Assembly (NCBI GenBank): GCA_043822925.1
Contig: JBDRBF010000042.1
Span: 1-36,007 of the forward strand
Direction: 5' to 3'
Origin: a bacterium
Lineage (GTDB): Bacteria > Babelota > Babeliae > Babelales > RVW-14
DNA length: 36,007 nt
Shown: positions 17,288 to 27,430 of the stretch, one piece after another
How positions within the stretch are numbered: position 1 is the stretch's first letter
Layout: each line of letters opens with the position of its first letter
The notes under the pieces: model-generated
What the model saw: the letters and a program-made list of their open reading frames with translations, nothing else
Database searches by the model: none
What the model was told of the DNA's origin: nothing
Made by a program: the position numbers and the translations under genes

Positions 17288-19892
17288 ATTTTTTTTGAAT
17301 TATTTCTTTAAAGTCTGTGAGTATCTTTTCGATTTCAGGCTCGGTTAACTTGGTTTTATCATCTAATGTAGTGTTTTCTAAATCTTTTTTAATATCTGTA
17401 CTAGTTTTGCCAAGGTTATTTGCTGCATTATATAGTTGATGCTCAAGCACATAGGCTAGAACAGCTCTGAGCTTTATGGTTTTGTGTCTTTCATTTTTAA
17501 TACTGTCGGCGGCATCTTTAATTGCTTTAGCATATTTTGCCAAGTCTTCTTTGTTGCCAATTATGGCGGGACTTTGCGTAGGTTTTTTTTCTTCAGGGAT
17601 TAATTTGGGGGCGGGGTTTGTTTTGCCGATTGTAAGTTTAACCTGTGTTATTTGATTAGCTAAATTTACTAAGGACTTTTTAAGCTGCTGCAAAGCTGCT
17701 CTCAATTTGGCAACCTGTTCTTGTAAATTGTTTTTATCATCGTTGTCATTTTTAGTCCATGCGTGAGGGTCTTCTGCTTTTAAATCTTTTAATTTCTTAA
17801 CAGGCTCTTTTGGCTGAGCAAGTTTTTTCGTCATTTCTTTTTTGATTGGGCTATTTGGGGTAAAAGCTGTTTTTATTTTTTCTATACCTTCGTCGGTGAT
17901 GCTGGAGTGGAGCAAAGCGCCTTCGCGTTGTTTAAATACTGGCTGTTCCATATAATAGACGCCGGAATCGTCTTTTTTGAGGAATTCATCTCTGTAATCA
18001 CTCTCAATTTCTTCTAGCTGATCTTTATTTGTATGGTATGTATGAAATTTTACATTAAAATAAAAATATATATTAAAATCATTTTTTTTAACAAAGACAT
18101 CGGTGATTGTTACGGGGGCTTCCCCTAGAAGCCCAGAAGTTCCAAATACTTCTTTAATCCAACAAATACCATTCTCGGGCAGTTTTTCTGTTATAGATTT
18201 GAGGGTGGTCATCATGCCTAAATTCTTGTCGGTAATTTCTATTTTCTCGATGCTACATTTTTCAGATAGGTCATTAAATGGTAAAACATTGGATTCGATT
18301 TTGAATGAGCCTAATTTCTGTACTTTTGCTTCCGCTTTTGATTTAAACCTCCGGTAAAGATTATTTTGTTCTTTGTTCGGACTTTCAATATTCGCATAGA
18401 CATTTGGTTTCTTAGTTAGAGGGTTAAGGGTTTCTTCTTTATAGCTTAAGTCTTTTATTTTTATTGAATTTTTTCCGTCATTATCTTGCTCTTCAAAAAA
18501 AGCATATCTGTTGTATGTGCGATAATCTTTTTTATTGTAAATAAGCACATTTTTAATTTGGCGCTGGTTAGCATCGTTGATTTCTTCAATGAAAAATATT
18601 TTGAGAGGATCGAGCATTGTTATTTGCATGAATAAATCAAAGATCTGTTCATATGTTTTAGTTGTAGATGAAATTTTATATATTGTGTGAATGGCATCTC
18701 CGGGAATCATAGAAATTATAGCTTCCAGCTTGTCTGAGTTTATAGCTAGATTTAATGGGATATTTTTTGCATAGAGCAATATTATCTTTGGATCGTTAAA
18801 GTAATTTTTCACATCTAGAAGCGATTCTTTGTCCCTTGTTTTTGCTAAAATTTCACCTATGGATGCAATTTCATTTTTCTCTGACATAACAGAAAACCAT
18901 GTTAATCCTGGTAGTTTGATTTGAGGTACATCTGCCCAATTCTGGTCGGGTGTTTTAAGTGCTTCTATTACATTTTTATAATCGATGCCTTCTTTTGTCA
19001 TAGCTTCAAAAAGTTCAGAGTATTTTACCAGCATAGGACGCCCTGATGTTGGTGCATCGGTGAGCGCTGTAGTTATAATGGTAAAGGGATAGGCTTTTTG
19101 TATTATAGCATTATTCTCTTTGTATATTTGTTCAGTGTTTAATCCAGCGCCATAGCATGTCTGATATACAACTAATCTGGTATTAATTTCATGTTCAAAA
19201 AAATTTAGTACTTTCGGAAAAGTTAATAATTTAAGGCTAACAACTCTCCATTGCATTTCTCCATGACCTGTTAGGTATATGGACCATTCTGGCCATTCAT
19301 GTGTACCACTTTTAATATAGTCTGAGCGTGTACAAAAAATGGAACCTAAAGCATCAAAAAAGTAATCTGCGTAATCTGATAATTTCATCCCATCCAAACT
19401 ATCTTCACCAAAAATTTTTTTCGTTATCTTTTTTTGTTTTAACTTATCATAAGATACAGATGGCATATGTTCTACTTTTAAGCCCAGTTTGAGTTCGTTG
19501 GGAGAAGTAGTAGTTAATCTAAGCTTCTCAAGATATGTAGTGGGCAGCAGAAGATAGAGGGGCGTTTGTTTATTCTGGTCCTCGCCCGTTTCGATTTCTT
19601 TGATGACCCATTTTTCTGTTTCATAAAAAGAATTGTCTTCTTTGATTCTTCTAATAAGCAAAGATGCCGAAGTAATGATTGGACCGGCTTCTTGCTCAAG
19701 CGCTGCTTTTAGAGAACCACTAACGGCCCCAAAATGTTCTTCGCTGTCATCTAAAAAAACAAGCAAGCCACGTGGAACATATGTTGGTATATATTTTGGC
19801 TGTTTTTCTGTTTCTTGCATTGCAAAAACGGAGCCGGCGTGGCCAAGTAGGCATAGGCTCAGGAGCAAAAGACAGGCTATATGTTTCTTCAT
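17286..19892 (-). CDS. Large secreted protein with a putative clan CD (caspase-hemoglobinase fold) protease domain
   Basis: Start placed at MKKHIACLLLLSLCLLGHAGSVFA (AAGGGA RBS); IYLTGHG and LVVYQTCYGAG with His and Cys 36 residues apart; C-terminal coiled coil and Lys-rich tail. Confidence 0.7.
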   Translation of the reverse strand: MKKHIACLLLLSLCLLGHAGSVFAMQETEKQPKYIPTYVPRGLLVFLDDSEEHFGAVSGSLKAALEQEAGPIITSASLLIRRIKEDNSFYETEKWVIKEIETGEDQNKQTPLYLLLPTTYLEKLRLTTTSPNELKLGLKVEHMPSVSYDKLKQKKITKKIFGEDSLDGMKLSDYADYFFDALGSIFCTRSDYIKSGTHEWPEWSIYLTGHGEMQWRVVSLKLLTFPKVLNFFEHEINTRLVVYQTCYGAGLNTEQIYKENNAIIQKAYPFTIITTALTDAPTSGRPMLVKYSELFEAMTKEGIDYKNVIEALKTPDQNWADVPQIKLPGLTWFSVMSEKNEIASIGEILAKTRDKESLLDVKNYFNDPKIILLYAKNIPLNLAINSDKLEAIISMIPGDAIHTIYKISSTTKTYEQIFDLFMQITMLDPLKIFFIEEINDANQRQIKNVLIYNKKDYRTYNRYAFFEEQDNDGKNSIKIKDLSYKEETLNPLTKKPNVYANIESPNKEQNNLYRRFKSKAEAKVQKLGSFKIESNVLPFNDLSEKCSIEKIEITDKNLGMMTTLKSITEKLPENGICWIKEVFGTSGLLGEAPVTITDVFVKKNDFNIYFYFNVKFHTYHTNKDQLEEIESDYRDEFLKKDDSGVYYMEQPVFKQREGALLHSSITDEGIEKIKTAFTPNSPIKKEMTKKLAQPKEPVKKLKDLKAEDPHAWTKNDNDDKNNLQEQVAKLRAALQQLKKSLVNLANQITQVKLTIGKTNPAPKLIPEEKKPTQSPAIIGNKEDLAKYAKAIKDAADSIKNERHKTIKLRAVLAYVLEHQLYNAANNLGKTSTDIKKDLENTTLDDKTKLTEPEIEKILTDFKEIIQKK

Positions 19893-20040
19893 ATATTCTT
19901 TTCCCTTTTTTAGAACACAAGAATGTACACGCAAAATAGATGTACTTTGTCGTTATTATCTTGAAGGCTATAAAAAAAATTGGTTAATTTGCAAGAGATA
20001 GGGCGAATTTGGAGGGGTGGATAAATATGCAGAGAAATGC

Positions 20041-20070
20041 AAGATAGGGCACCAATTGGTGCCCTATCTT
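20041..20070. terminator. Perfect 30-bp palindrome downstream of metG (probable terminator)
   Basis: AAGATAGGGCACCAATTGGTGCCCTATCTT is its own reverse complement; the U-tail is weak. Confidence 0.65.
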
Positions 20071-20078
20071 ATAAAGAT

Positions 20079-20106
20079 TGGATCCCAGATCAAGTCTGGG
20101 ATGACA
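20079..20106 (+). repeat. Small palindromic element (WPE/RPE-like), copy 1
   Basis: TGGATCCCAGATCAAGTCTGGGATGACA; 27/28 identical to the reverse complement of 30290-30317. Confidence 0.85.
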
Positions 20107-20111
20107 AGATT

Positions 20112-22124
20112 TTATGATAAGCGTGTGCCGTTTTCGATAGCTTTGCCAACGGTGACCATGGCCATATCTGTGTCATCTTTAACAAATAACATCATGCCGT
20201 TAGACTCAAGTCCCATGAGTTTTCGGGGCTTAAGGTTAGTGACAAAAACGCCTTGTTTGCCGATCAAATCTTCAGGCATAAAATTCTTAGCTATTCCCGA
20301 CAGTATTTGACGGATGCCTAGTGGTCCAAAGTTGACTGTAAGCTTATAAAGTTTATCTGACCCTGAAACTGGTTCACACGTTTGGACCGTTCCCACGTGT
20401 AAATTTACTTTGGCGAAGTCTTCTATATTAATACTGGAATCTGGTGTGCCAGAATTTGTAGGCGCCTGGGTACTGGCGCATGTTGGCGAGCCAGAATTAG
20501 TGAGCGTTTTTGTATTCGAGTTAGTAGGTGCATGTGCACCAGGTATAGTTGTGCTTGCGTCAGGTGCTGGTACATGTGTTTCTGGGCGAACAAATAATGG
20601 GGCTTGTTGTGTTAATACAAAAGTTTTATCCCATTTATTTTTGCGTAACTCGTCTTCGTAGTTTTTACCAAGTTCGAACTTTTGCCCAATAGATGCAAGC
20701 AGTTCTTGTGTTTTAGTAGGCATGACCGGCCAGAGCATAATTGCAATAGCATATAAGCTGTTACATGATGCTGCTATTACGTCATCAAATTCTTCTTTGT
20801 CTGTTTGTGCTAATTTCCAGGGCTGTTGTGCATGAAAAAATGCATTTACTTCTGAAATAAATTTCCAAAGTTCTGAGAGTGCTATGTGATAAGAGCATTT
20901 ATCCATTTCTTCCCAGTACATTCTAACAGCTTCTTCGCATTTATCACGCAGGAGGGCCGAATGGCCTTCCCATTGTGTTGGGGTTTTTACTGTTGAGAGG
21001 TTATTTTTAAGTGCTAAAGATACGGTGCGATTAAGTAAGTTACCAAGATTATTGGCCAGATCTGAAGTAATACAGTCTTCTAGTCCTGGTAGATTAAAGT
21101 TGCCATCTTGATTTATCGGCATATGTCTCAGTAAATAGTAACGAATTTGATCTGTGCCGTACCAATCGGCCAACTGGTTTGGGTCGATAGAGTTGCCCAG
21201 AGATTTGGACATCTTTTGGTTGTCGACAAGAATATATCCGTGCACGAGTAAGTGTTTGGGTAATTCGAGTTCAGCTGACATCAGAAATGCTGGCCAGTAT
21301 ACAGCATGAAAACGAACAATATCTTTACCCATAACATGCAAATCAGCCGGCCATAAATAATTAAATTGCTCTTGTGCTTTTTTATCTGGGTTGCCGTAGC
21401 CAATTGCGCTTATGTAATTATTAAGTGCATCGCCCCATACATATATTGTATGTTCTGGGTCGCCCGGAAACGGGATGCCCCAAGAGACGTTTTTACGTAG
21501 GCGTGAAATACTGAGATCTTTTAAGCCAGATTTTACGAACGAAATTACTTCGTTAAAACGTTCTTTGGGAATAATAAAGTTTGGATTTTTTTCATAAAAA
21601 TCTAAGAGACGAGATTCGTATGCTGAGAGCCTAAAGAAGTAGCCTTCTTCTGAGACTTCTTTTAGTGGTCGTTTGCAGTCCGGACACATTTTATTATGGG
21701 CTAGAGCTTCTGTATCTGAGATAAATTTTTCTTCTGGGACGCAGTACCAGCCTGAATATTGTGATTTATAAATATCATCTTGCTCTATAAGTTTCTCGAT
21801 CCACTGGGTAACTGCTTGTATGTGTTCTGGATCTGTGGTGCGAATAAATTTGTCATATTCGATGTTATAAGTATTGAACGTATTTTTGTAGGGTTCGATC
21901 ATAGAATCAACAAAAGCTTGTGGCTGCAAGCCAAGTTCTTGTGCTTTTTCTTGTACTTTTTGGCCGTGCTCGTCTGTGCCGGTTAAGAAATAGACATCTT
22001 TTGCGGCAAGTTTTTGAAAACGAGCGGTAGTGTCTGCGAGTATTGTTTCGTATGTAGATCCTAAATGTGGCTTTGCGTTTACGTAATAAATTGCTGTTGT
22101 AACGTAATATTTATTTTTTTTCAT
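20112..22124 (-). CDS. metG: Methionine--tRNA ligase with C-terminal tRNA-binding (Trbp111-like) domain
   Basis: YVTTAIYYVNAKPHLGS (HIGH variant), TGTDEHGQK, YVWGDAL, GKDIVRFHAVYWPA, KMSKSLGN, NLKPRKLMGLESNGM. Confidence 0.98.
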   Translation of the reverse strand: MKKNKYYVTTAIYYVNAKPHLGSTYETILADTTARFQKLAAKDVYFLTGTDEHGQKVQEKAQELGLQPQAFVDSMIEPYKNTFNTYNIEYDKFIRTTDPEHIQAVTQWIEKLIEQDDIYKSQYSGWYCVPEEKFISDTEALAHNKMCPDCKRPLKEVSEEGYFFRLSAYESRLLDFYEKNPNFIIPKERFNEVISFVKSGLKDLSISRLRKNVSWGIPFPGDPEHTIYVWGDALNNYISAIGYGNPDKKAQEQFNYLWPADLHVMGKDIVRFHAVYWPAFLMSAELELPKHLLVHGYILVDNQKMSKSLGNSIDPNQLADWYGTDQIRYYLLRHMPINQDGNFNLPGLEDCITSDLANNLGNLLNRTVSLALKNNLSTVKTPTQWEGHSALLRDKCEEAVRMYWEEMDKCSYHIALSELWKFISEVNAFFHAQQPWKLAQTDKEEFDDVIAASCNSLYAIAIMLWPVMPTKTQELLASIGQKFELGKNYEDELRKNKWDKTFVLTQQAPLFVRPETHVPAPDASTTIPGAHAPTNSNTKTLTNSGSPTCASTQAPTNSGTPDSSINIEDFAKVNLHVGTVQTCEPVSGSDKLYKLTVNFGPLGIRQILSGIAKNFMPEDLIGKQGVFVTNLKPRKLMGLESNGMMLFVKDDTDMAMVTVGKAIENGTRLS

Positions 22125-22128
22125 ATAT

Positions 22129-23370
22129 TTACTTTACGCCTTTATAGCTGGCTCCAAGGCCTTTAAAAAATCTATCCCAACGTACATGTTTGGTCCAAAA
22201 ATCTATTGGATGATTGATTAAGTCAAAGAGCCAAAAAGGTTCTTCACTATCAACTGAAAATAAAATAAAGCTTGCTCTACCGTGAATAAATTTGCGGTGT
22301 AGCGGGCCCCAGCATCTACTGTCATCGCTGTTTTGTCTGCTATCTCCCATTGCCCAGTACATGTCGTTAGGTAGTGTGATTGGACCAAACGTATCGATGC
22401 TGTAAAATTCTTTATTTTGTAAATTTATATTGTAAATGGGTGTGAATGCATTGGTTATGATTGGTTTATTTGTTTCAATATCTTTTACTATTGCATCTTC
22501 AGACATGTGATAAAATGGCTGGTTGTTATAAGGCTTATCTGGGTCATAGGTGTAGCGAACATAGCCTTTAGGGCCAGCATGATCAGGAGTTCTTTTTCTT
22601 AAAAAGTTTGGCATAGCAATGGGGCCGAGATTTTCTATGTCAAAAAAACCTATAGTTCTTTTTATTGCTATCAATGGATATGGATTTACATACGGTTCAT
22701 CAAGTTTTTTGCCATTTAGATAAATAACAGTTTTGTTATTTTCTATTTTGCCTTCAATAGTATCCCCTGGTATAGCAACAACGCGTTTAACGACGTTTAT
22801 AGGGCCTTGCTTGAGACCAAGGAGTGGGATTGGAAATCCGATATATTTTTGCCAGTAATATTGAATAAAGCTTGAACGGTCATAAATGTGTCTGACTTCA
22901 TCAAAAATAACAAAGTCGCCACGTTTAATATCGTTAAAATAATAGGCCATTTTATTTCCCCAAATACGGTCGCCAACCAAGATGCTTGGTTCGGCTGATC
23001 CTGTTGGGACATGATAAGGGCTAAATATTGTGTGACGTAAGGCAAATGCGAGTATAAGTGCTATAATAATCGCTTCAGCCCATTGCCTGAATGCCGACTT
23101 TGTAGCCTCATTTAATTGTTTATATATTTTTTTAAATTCTTTTATTTTAAGTTTTAATGCTTGTGAATTTGCATCTGGACTGATTTCTAAAAAAAGTTGT
23201 TTTTTAAGCTCATCAGATATGGCGTCTGCTTTTTCAAGTAGTTCTTTGCCTTGGACATATATTTTAGTCCAGCCTTTTTTTCCCCACGATTCTATGGTTT
23301 TTTGAAAATAGCTTTTTCTTTTTTGATATTTTTCAGAAAGGGCTCGAAATTTGTCTTTTAAGTTATTCAC
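22129..23370 (-). CDS. lepB: Signal peptidase I with an N-terminal extension of about 95 aa
   Basis: VPTGSAEP (Ser), VVKRVVAIPGD (Lys), MGDSRQNSDDSRCWG; single TM; GAGG RBS before GTG. Confidence 0.95.
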   Translation of the reverse strand: MNNLKDKFRALSEKYQKRKSYFQKTIESWGKKGWTKIYVQGKELLEKADAISDELKKQLFLEISPDANSQALKLKIKEFKKIYKQLNEATKSAFRQWAEAIIIALILAFALRHTIFSPYHVPTGSAEPSILVGDRIWGNKMAYYFNDIKRGDFVIFDEVRHIYDRSSFIQYYWQKYIGFPIPLLGLKQGPINVVKRVVAIPGDTIEGKIENNKTVIYLNGKKLDEPYVNPYPLIAIKRTIGFFDIENLGPIAMPNFLRKRTPDHAGPKGYVRYTYDPDKPYNNQPFYHMSEDAIVKDIETNKPIITNAFTPIYNINLQNKEFYSIDTFGPITLPNDMYWAMGDSRQNSDDSRCWGPLHRKFIHGRASFILFSVDSEEPFWLFDLINHPIDFWTKHVRWDRFFKGLGASYKGVK

Positions 23371-23410
23371 GTGGGTACCTCGTTATTGGTTAAATTATTT
23401 ATTAAGTTGG

Positions 23411-24550
23411 TTAAGAACTTTTAACTTCCCACCACATTTCTGTTAATTGTTTTATTGGCAAATTACTTGGCAATAATTGTAATGTATCAAAAACTTTATT
23501 ATCAGGGAAAAAATTTGGATTTTTTAGAAATTTTTCATCTATATCGGCGTATGATGTTTTGTTTGATGGGTTATGTCCCAGTATTAGACTATTGAGGGTT
23601 GAGATTCTTCTTGAAAGAAAGAAATTAATAAATTTGTGTGCAAGCTCCTGATTTTTGGACAGTTTTGGAATTGCAAAGTTTTCGATTACAAGCAAGCTAC
23701 CTTCTTTGGGCAGGATGTACTGGAAGTTATCGCCGTCTTTAGTTTCAAAAACTTTACGAATATATGAGCTTGATGTTAATGCAACATGAAAAATTTCAGA
23801 CAAAAGAAAATAACGAAGATCTTTGTGTACGTAACTTTCGACCCAGTTTTTTTGCTGTGTTAAAAGTTCTTTAACTTTTAACATTTGTTCTAAGTTATTG
23901 TTATCTAGTTTAGTTTCGCCGCCAAATAAAAAAAGTGCTGCAAAAAAAGTTAATTCTCTTGGGTCTTCCAGCATGCAAACTTTATATGGTTTTTTGATGT
24001 ATTCAGGAACAAGATGTTTTGGATTTTTGAAAATAAGATCGAGCGAGTCTTCAGGGAAAGGCTTTTTTAAAATATTTTTATTATAAATAATGCCATACGT
24101 AACCCATGAGATAGGTAAAGAGTATTGGTTTGTGGGATCAAAGTATTTATTAAGTAGCCGCTCATCAAGTTCTTTAATTATAGGGAGTTTAGTGTGATCT
24201 AGCGGTGCGAGTAAGTTTTCTTTGCGTAGCAAGTCAATCATGTGGTCAGATGGGGTTATTAAATCATACCCTTTGCCTCTGTTTATTTTGAATTTCGCAA
24301 AGAGCTCTTCATTCGTATCAAAGTATTTGATGCTAACTTTGATTTTATATTCTTTTTCAAATTCTCTAATAGCATCAAGAGATACGACGTCAGCAAATGC
24401 ATATATGTTTATTACGGTATCTTTTTTTATGAGGTCTTTTAGTGACGGGATTACATAAAGAAATACTGAGACAATAATTAAGTATCCAAGTGTAATAATC
24501 GTGCGAGCAATTGTTTTGTTAAGTGTATAAAATTTTTTTATTTTTTTCAT
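23411..24550 (-). CDS. potD: PotD/PotF-family ABC substrate-binding protein, second copy
   Basis: YFDTNEELFAK, GYDLITPSD, PKEG...ENFAIPK, FINFFL. ATG 24550 preferred over TTG 24562. Confidence 0.88.
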   Translation of the reverse strand: MKKIKKFYTLNKTIARTIITLGYLIIVSVFLYVIPSLKDLIKKDTVINIYAFADVVSLDAIREFEKEYKIKVSIKYFDTNEELFAKFKINRGKGYDLITPSDHMIDLLRKENLLAPLDHTKLPIIKELDERLLNKYFDPTNQYSLPISWVTYGIIYNKNILKKPFPEDSLDLIFKNPKHLVPEYIKKPYKVCMLEDPRELTFFAALFLFGGETKLDNNNLEQMLKVKELLTQQKNWVESYVHKDLRYFLLSEIFHVALTSSSYIRKVFETKDGDNFQYILPKEGSLLVIENFAIPKLSKNQELAHKFINFFLSRRISTLNSLILGHNPSNKTSYADIDEKFLKNPNFFPDNKVFDTLQLLPSNLPIKQLTEMWWEVKSS

Positions 24551-24570
24551 AATCTTTAGCAACTCAGTGT

Positions 24571-25713
24571 TTAAGAACTTTTAATTTCCCACCACATCTC
24601 GGTTAATTTTTTTATTGGCACATCGCTTCGAAGTAATTGTAATTTATCAAAAGTACTATTATCAGGAAAAAAATTAGGGTTATTGAAGAATTTTTTATCA
24701 ATATCTTGGTACGAATTCTTATTTGTTGGGTTGTATCCAAACGTTTGGCTGTTTTGTGTTGCGACTGGTCTTGAGAGTAGATAATTAATTAATTTATGTG
24801 TGAGTAAAATATTTTTTGATTTTTTTGGTATGGCAAAATTTTCTGTTACAAGCATGCTGCCTTCTTTAGGAATAACAAATTCAAAATTATTACTTGTTTC
24901 AAAAATTTTTCGGACAAATGTGCTTGCTGAGATAGCAACATGAAAAGTTTCAGAAAAGAGAAGATAACGTAAATCTTGATAAACGTAGCATTCGACCCAT
25001 TTTTTTTGTTTTATAAGAAGCTTTTTGATTTCAGGTATTTTATTGGCGTCTAATTTTTGTGTATGGTCAAATAGATATAAATGAGCAAAAAAACTTGTTT
25101 CTCGTGGGTCATCTATCATGCAAACTTTGTATGGTTCCCAAATATATTCAGGGACAAGATCTTCTGGGTTTTTGAATAGTAATTCTAGGCTTATTTGGGC
25201 AGGTGGCTTTTTGAAAATACTTTTATTATAGATAATACCATATGTTACCCAGGAATAAGGGAGTGAAAATAAATTTGTAGGATCATAATAATAATTTAAA
25301 AAACGAGTATCAAGTTCGTTAATAACAGGTAAGAGTTTGTGGTCAAGGGGGGCAAGCAACGCATGTTTGTGTAATAAATCAATCATGTGATCTGATGCGG
25401 TTATAAGATCATATCCTTCACCTTTGTTTATTTTGAATTTTGCAAAAAGTTCTTCGTTTGTATCAAAATATTTTATGCTTACTTTGATGTTATGTTCTTT
25501 TTCAAATTCTTGTAAAGAGTCAAATGTAATTGCATCTGCCCAGGCGTAAATATGCAAAACTTTATTTTTACTTGAAAAATCTTTGATTTTTGGAAAAACA
25601 TACAAAAAAACTGCAATAATAAAAAGATATCCGGTAACAATAATTATATGCGCGATAATCTTAGTCGAAAGATAGTTCTTAATTCGAGGTCTTTTGGGCT
25701 TTTTTTTATTCAT
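24571..25713 (-). CDS. potD: PotD/PotF-family ABC substrate-binding protein, first copy
   Basis: Same motifs; close paralogue of 23411..24550; start overlaps the potC stop. Confidence 0.88.
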   Translation of the reverse strand: MNKKKPKRPRIKNYLSTKIIAHIIIVTGYLFIIAVFLYVFPKIKDFSSKNKVLHIYAWADAITFDSLQEFEKEHNIKVSIKYFDTNEELFAKFKINKGEGYDLITASDHMIDLLHKHALLAPLDHKLLPVINELDTRFLNYYYDPTNLFSLPYSWVTYGIIYNKSIFKKPPAQISLELLFKNPEDLVPEYIWEPYKVCMIDDPRETSFFAHLYLFDHTQKLDANKIPEIKKLLIKQKKWVECYVYQDLRYLLFSETFHVAISASTFVRKIFETSNNFEFVIPKEGSMLVTENFAIPKKSKNILLTHKLINYLLSRPVATQNSQTFGYNPTNKNSYQDIDKKFFNNPNFFPDNSTFDKLQLLRSDVPIKKLTEMWWEIKSS

Positions 25714-26500
25714 GCACCAGTACCTGGTCAACTACTTTAAAGAAACAGAGCAATAAGACGATAATGCTGCTGACAACAAGAAAGATAGCTGAAAGAGCAT
25801 TTATTGTTGGGTCAATAGTTGTGCGTGCAATAGAGAATACGTAGACAGAGAGCGTTTGTACTGATGGGCTTGAACAGAAAAATGCGATAAAAAAGTCGTC
25901 TAGCGAAAGTGTAAAAACTAAAAGAGCCGATGTGATAAGCGCTGGGGCCAGTAGTGGGAGGTGAACTTTTCTAAACGTTTGTAAGTATGTTGCACCTAGA
26001 TCAAGAGAAGCTTCTGTGAGTATTGGGTCAAGCTCAGAAAAACGGGCACGAATTATTGGTATAACAAAGCCCAATCCCAAAAGCGTATGTCCTGTAATTA
26101 AACTTGTATAGCCCATAGGTATATGAAAAAAAGTAAAAGTGCTCAAGACGCAGACAGCGAGTATGAGATCAGGTAATATAATATTTGTGTAAAATAAGTT
26201 AAATGGGCGATCATTTTTCCACCATTTACTTGAAATAACAAACATTGTTCCCAAAATGATACTGAGTATGGTAGATGATAGTGCGACGATGATAGAATTT
26301 TGAAAAGCTTCTAAAATTTCTGGGTTATGTGCAAGCGCTTTGTACCATCTAAAAGAAAAGCCAACCCATTTAGCTGAGATTGCAGAATCGTTAAAAGAAA
26401 AGAGAGCCAAAACAAGTATGGGCAAATATAAAAATAAATAGACAAGCACTATAAATAGAGGCTGCAACGACTTTGCGAAATATCTTTTACTTTCTACCAT
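25706..26500 (-). CDS. potC: Polyamine ABC transporter permease PotC
   Basis: YLFLYLPILVL..FSFN, GFSFRWY, EASLDLGA (EAA loop), FTLSLDDF. Confidence 0.95.
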   Translation of the reverse strand: MVESKRYFAKSLQPLFIVLVYLFLYLPILVLALFSFNDSAISAKWVGFSFRWYKALAHNPEILEAFQNSIIVALSSTILSIILGTMFVISSKWWKNDRPFNLFYTNIILPDLILAVCVLSTFTFFHIPMGYTSLITGHTLLGLGFVIPIIRARFSELDPILTEASLDLGATYLQTFRKVHLPLLAPALITSALLVFTLSLDDFFIAFFCSSPSVQTLSVYVFSIARTTIDPTINALSAIFLVVSSIIVLLLCFFKVVDQVLVHE

Positions 26501-26515
26501 TTTTATACCTATTCT

Positions 26516-27430
26516 TTACCATATATCATGTTGCTTACGGGGAACTTCTTGGGGTCTTTTTTTTATAAACGTAATAATTTTTGAAATAATATGAATGCTG
26601 GCGATAAGTAAACAGGTAAATAGAACGCCAAGTGTTGCAAATGCAGCGCCTGATGCCCATTCACGAGATACGAGTAATTTATTTACTATTACAGTTCCCC
26701 AAAAAGCCATCTTGTTTCCACCAAGTAGGGCAGGAATGGCAAATTCACCCAGCGCGGGTAAAAATACGAGTAAGAATCCAACATAGACCCCCGGTAACGA
26801 TAGTGGAAAGATAACTCGTTTAAATGTTTCTAAGCGGCTTGCTCCTAAATCAGCTGATGCTTCCAGTACGGTTGGGTCAACTTTTTCAAGTACGGTGTAA
26901 AGTGGTAATGTCATAAATGGCAAGTATACGCAAACCATGCCAATGAGAACTGCAAAGTAATTATTTAGTAAATGGGCAGATTCTGAGAGTAAGCCGATAT
27001 ATTTAAAAAATTGTGTAATAATACCGTTTTTTTCAAGTAAGAAAAACCAGGCATATACTTGAATAATTAAGCTGGTCCATGATGGTAAAATTAAAGAAAA
27101 GAGTAAAAAAGGACGGAATCGTTTTTGTACTTTAAGGGCTAAATAATAGGCGAGCGGGTATGCAATTAAAAAGCAAATTAATGTTGTGCTGGTGGCTATT
27201 ATGATAGAGTTTATAAGAATTTTGAAATACGTTGTATTTAATAAAAGCGAATAATACTTGAGCGTGAACGTGTAGGAGTTTGTGACCGGTGAAAATTCTA
27301 TGACGCTATGCAGCAATAGAATTGTGAGCGGCAAAAACAAGAAGAATACTTGCCAAATAATTGCCGGACATGCAAGCAAAAATGAAAGCTCTTGAGCTAT
27401 TTGGCTCTTTATTTGCCTATATAGTTTCAT
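26516..27430 (-). CDS. potB: Polyamine ABC transporter permease PotB
   Basis: IAYPLAY, LPSWTS, YLPFMTLPLY, LEASADLGAS, FPLSLPG. Confidence 0.95.
   Translation of the reverse strand: MKLYRQIKSQIAQELSFLLACPAIIWQVFFLFLPLTILLLHSVIEFSPVTNSYTFTLKYYSLLLNTTYFKILINSIIIATSTTLICFLIAYPLAYYLALKVQKRFRPFLLFSLILPSWTSLIIQVYAWFFLLEKNGIITQFFKYIGLLSESAHLLNNYFAVLIGMVCVYLPFMTLPLYTVLEKVDPTVLEASADLGASRLETFKRVIFPLSLPGVYVGFLLVFLPALGEFAIPALLGGNKMAFWGTVIVNKLLVSREWASGAAFATLGVLFTCLLIASIHIISKIITFIKKRPQEVPRKQHDIW

Noticed and set aside
19633-20661. Plus-strand ORFs 19633..20001, 20017..20310 and 20410..20661
   Set aside because: Antisense to well-supported genes; SQIKSGMT in 20017..20310 is just the palindromic element.
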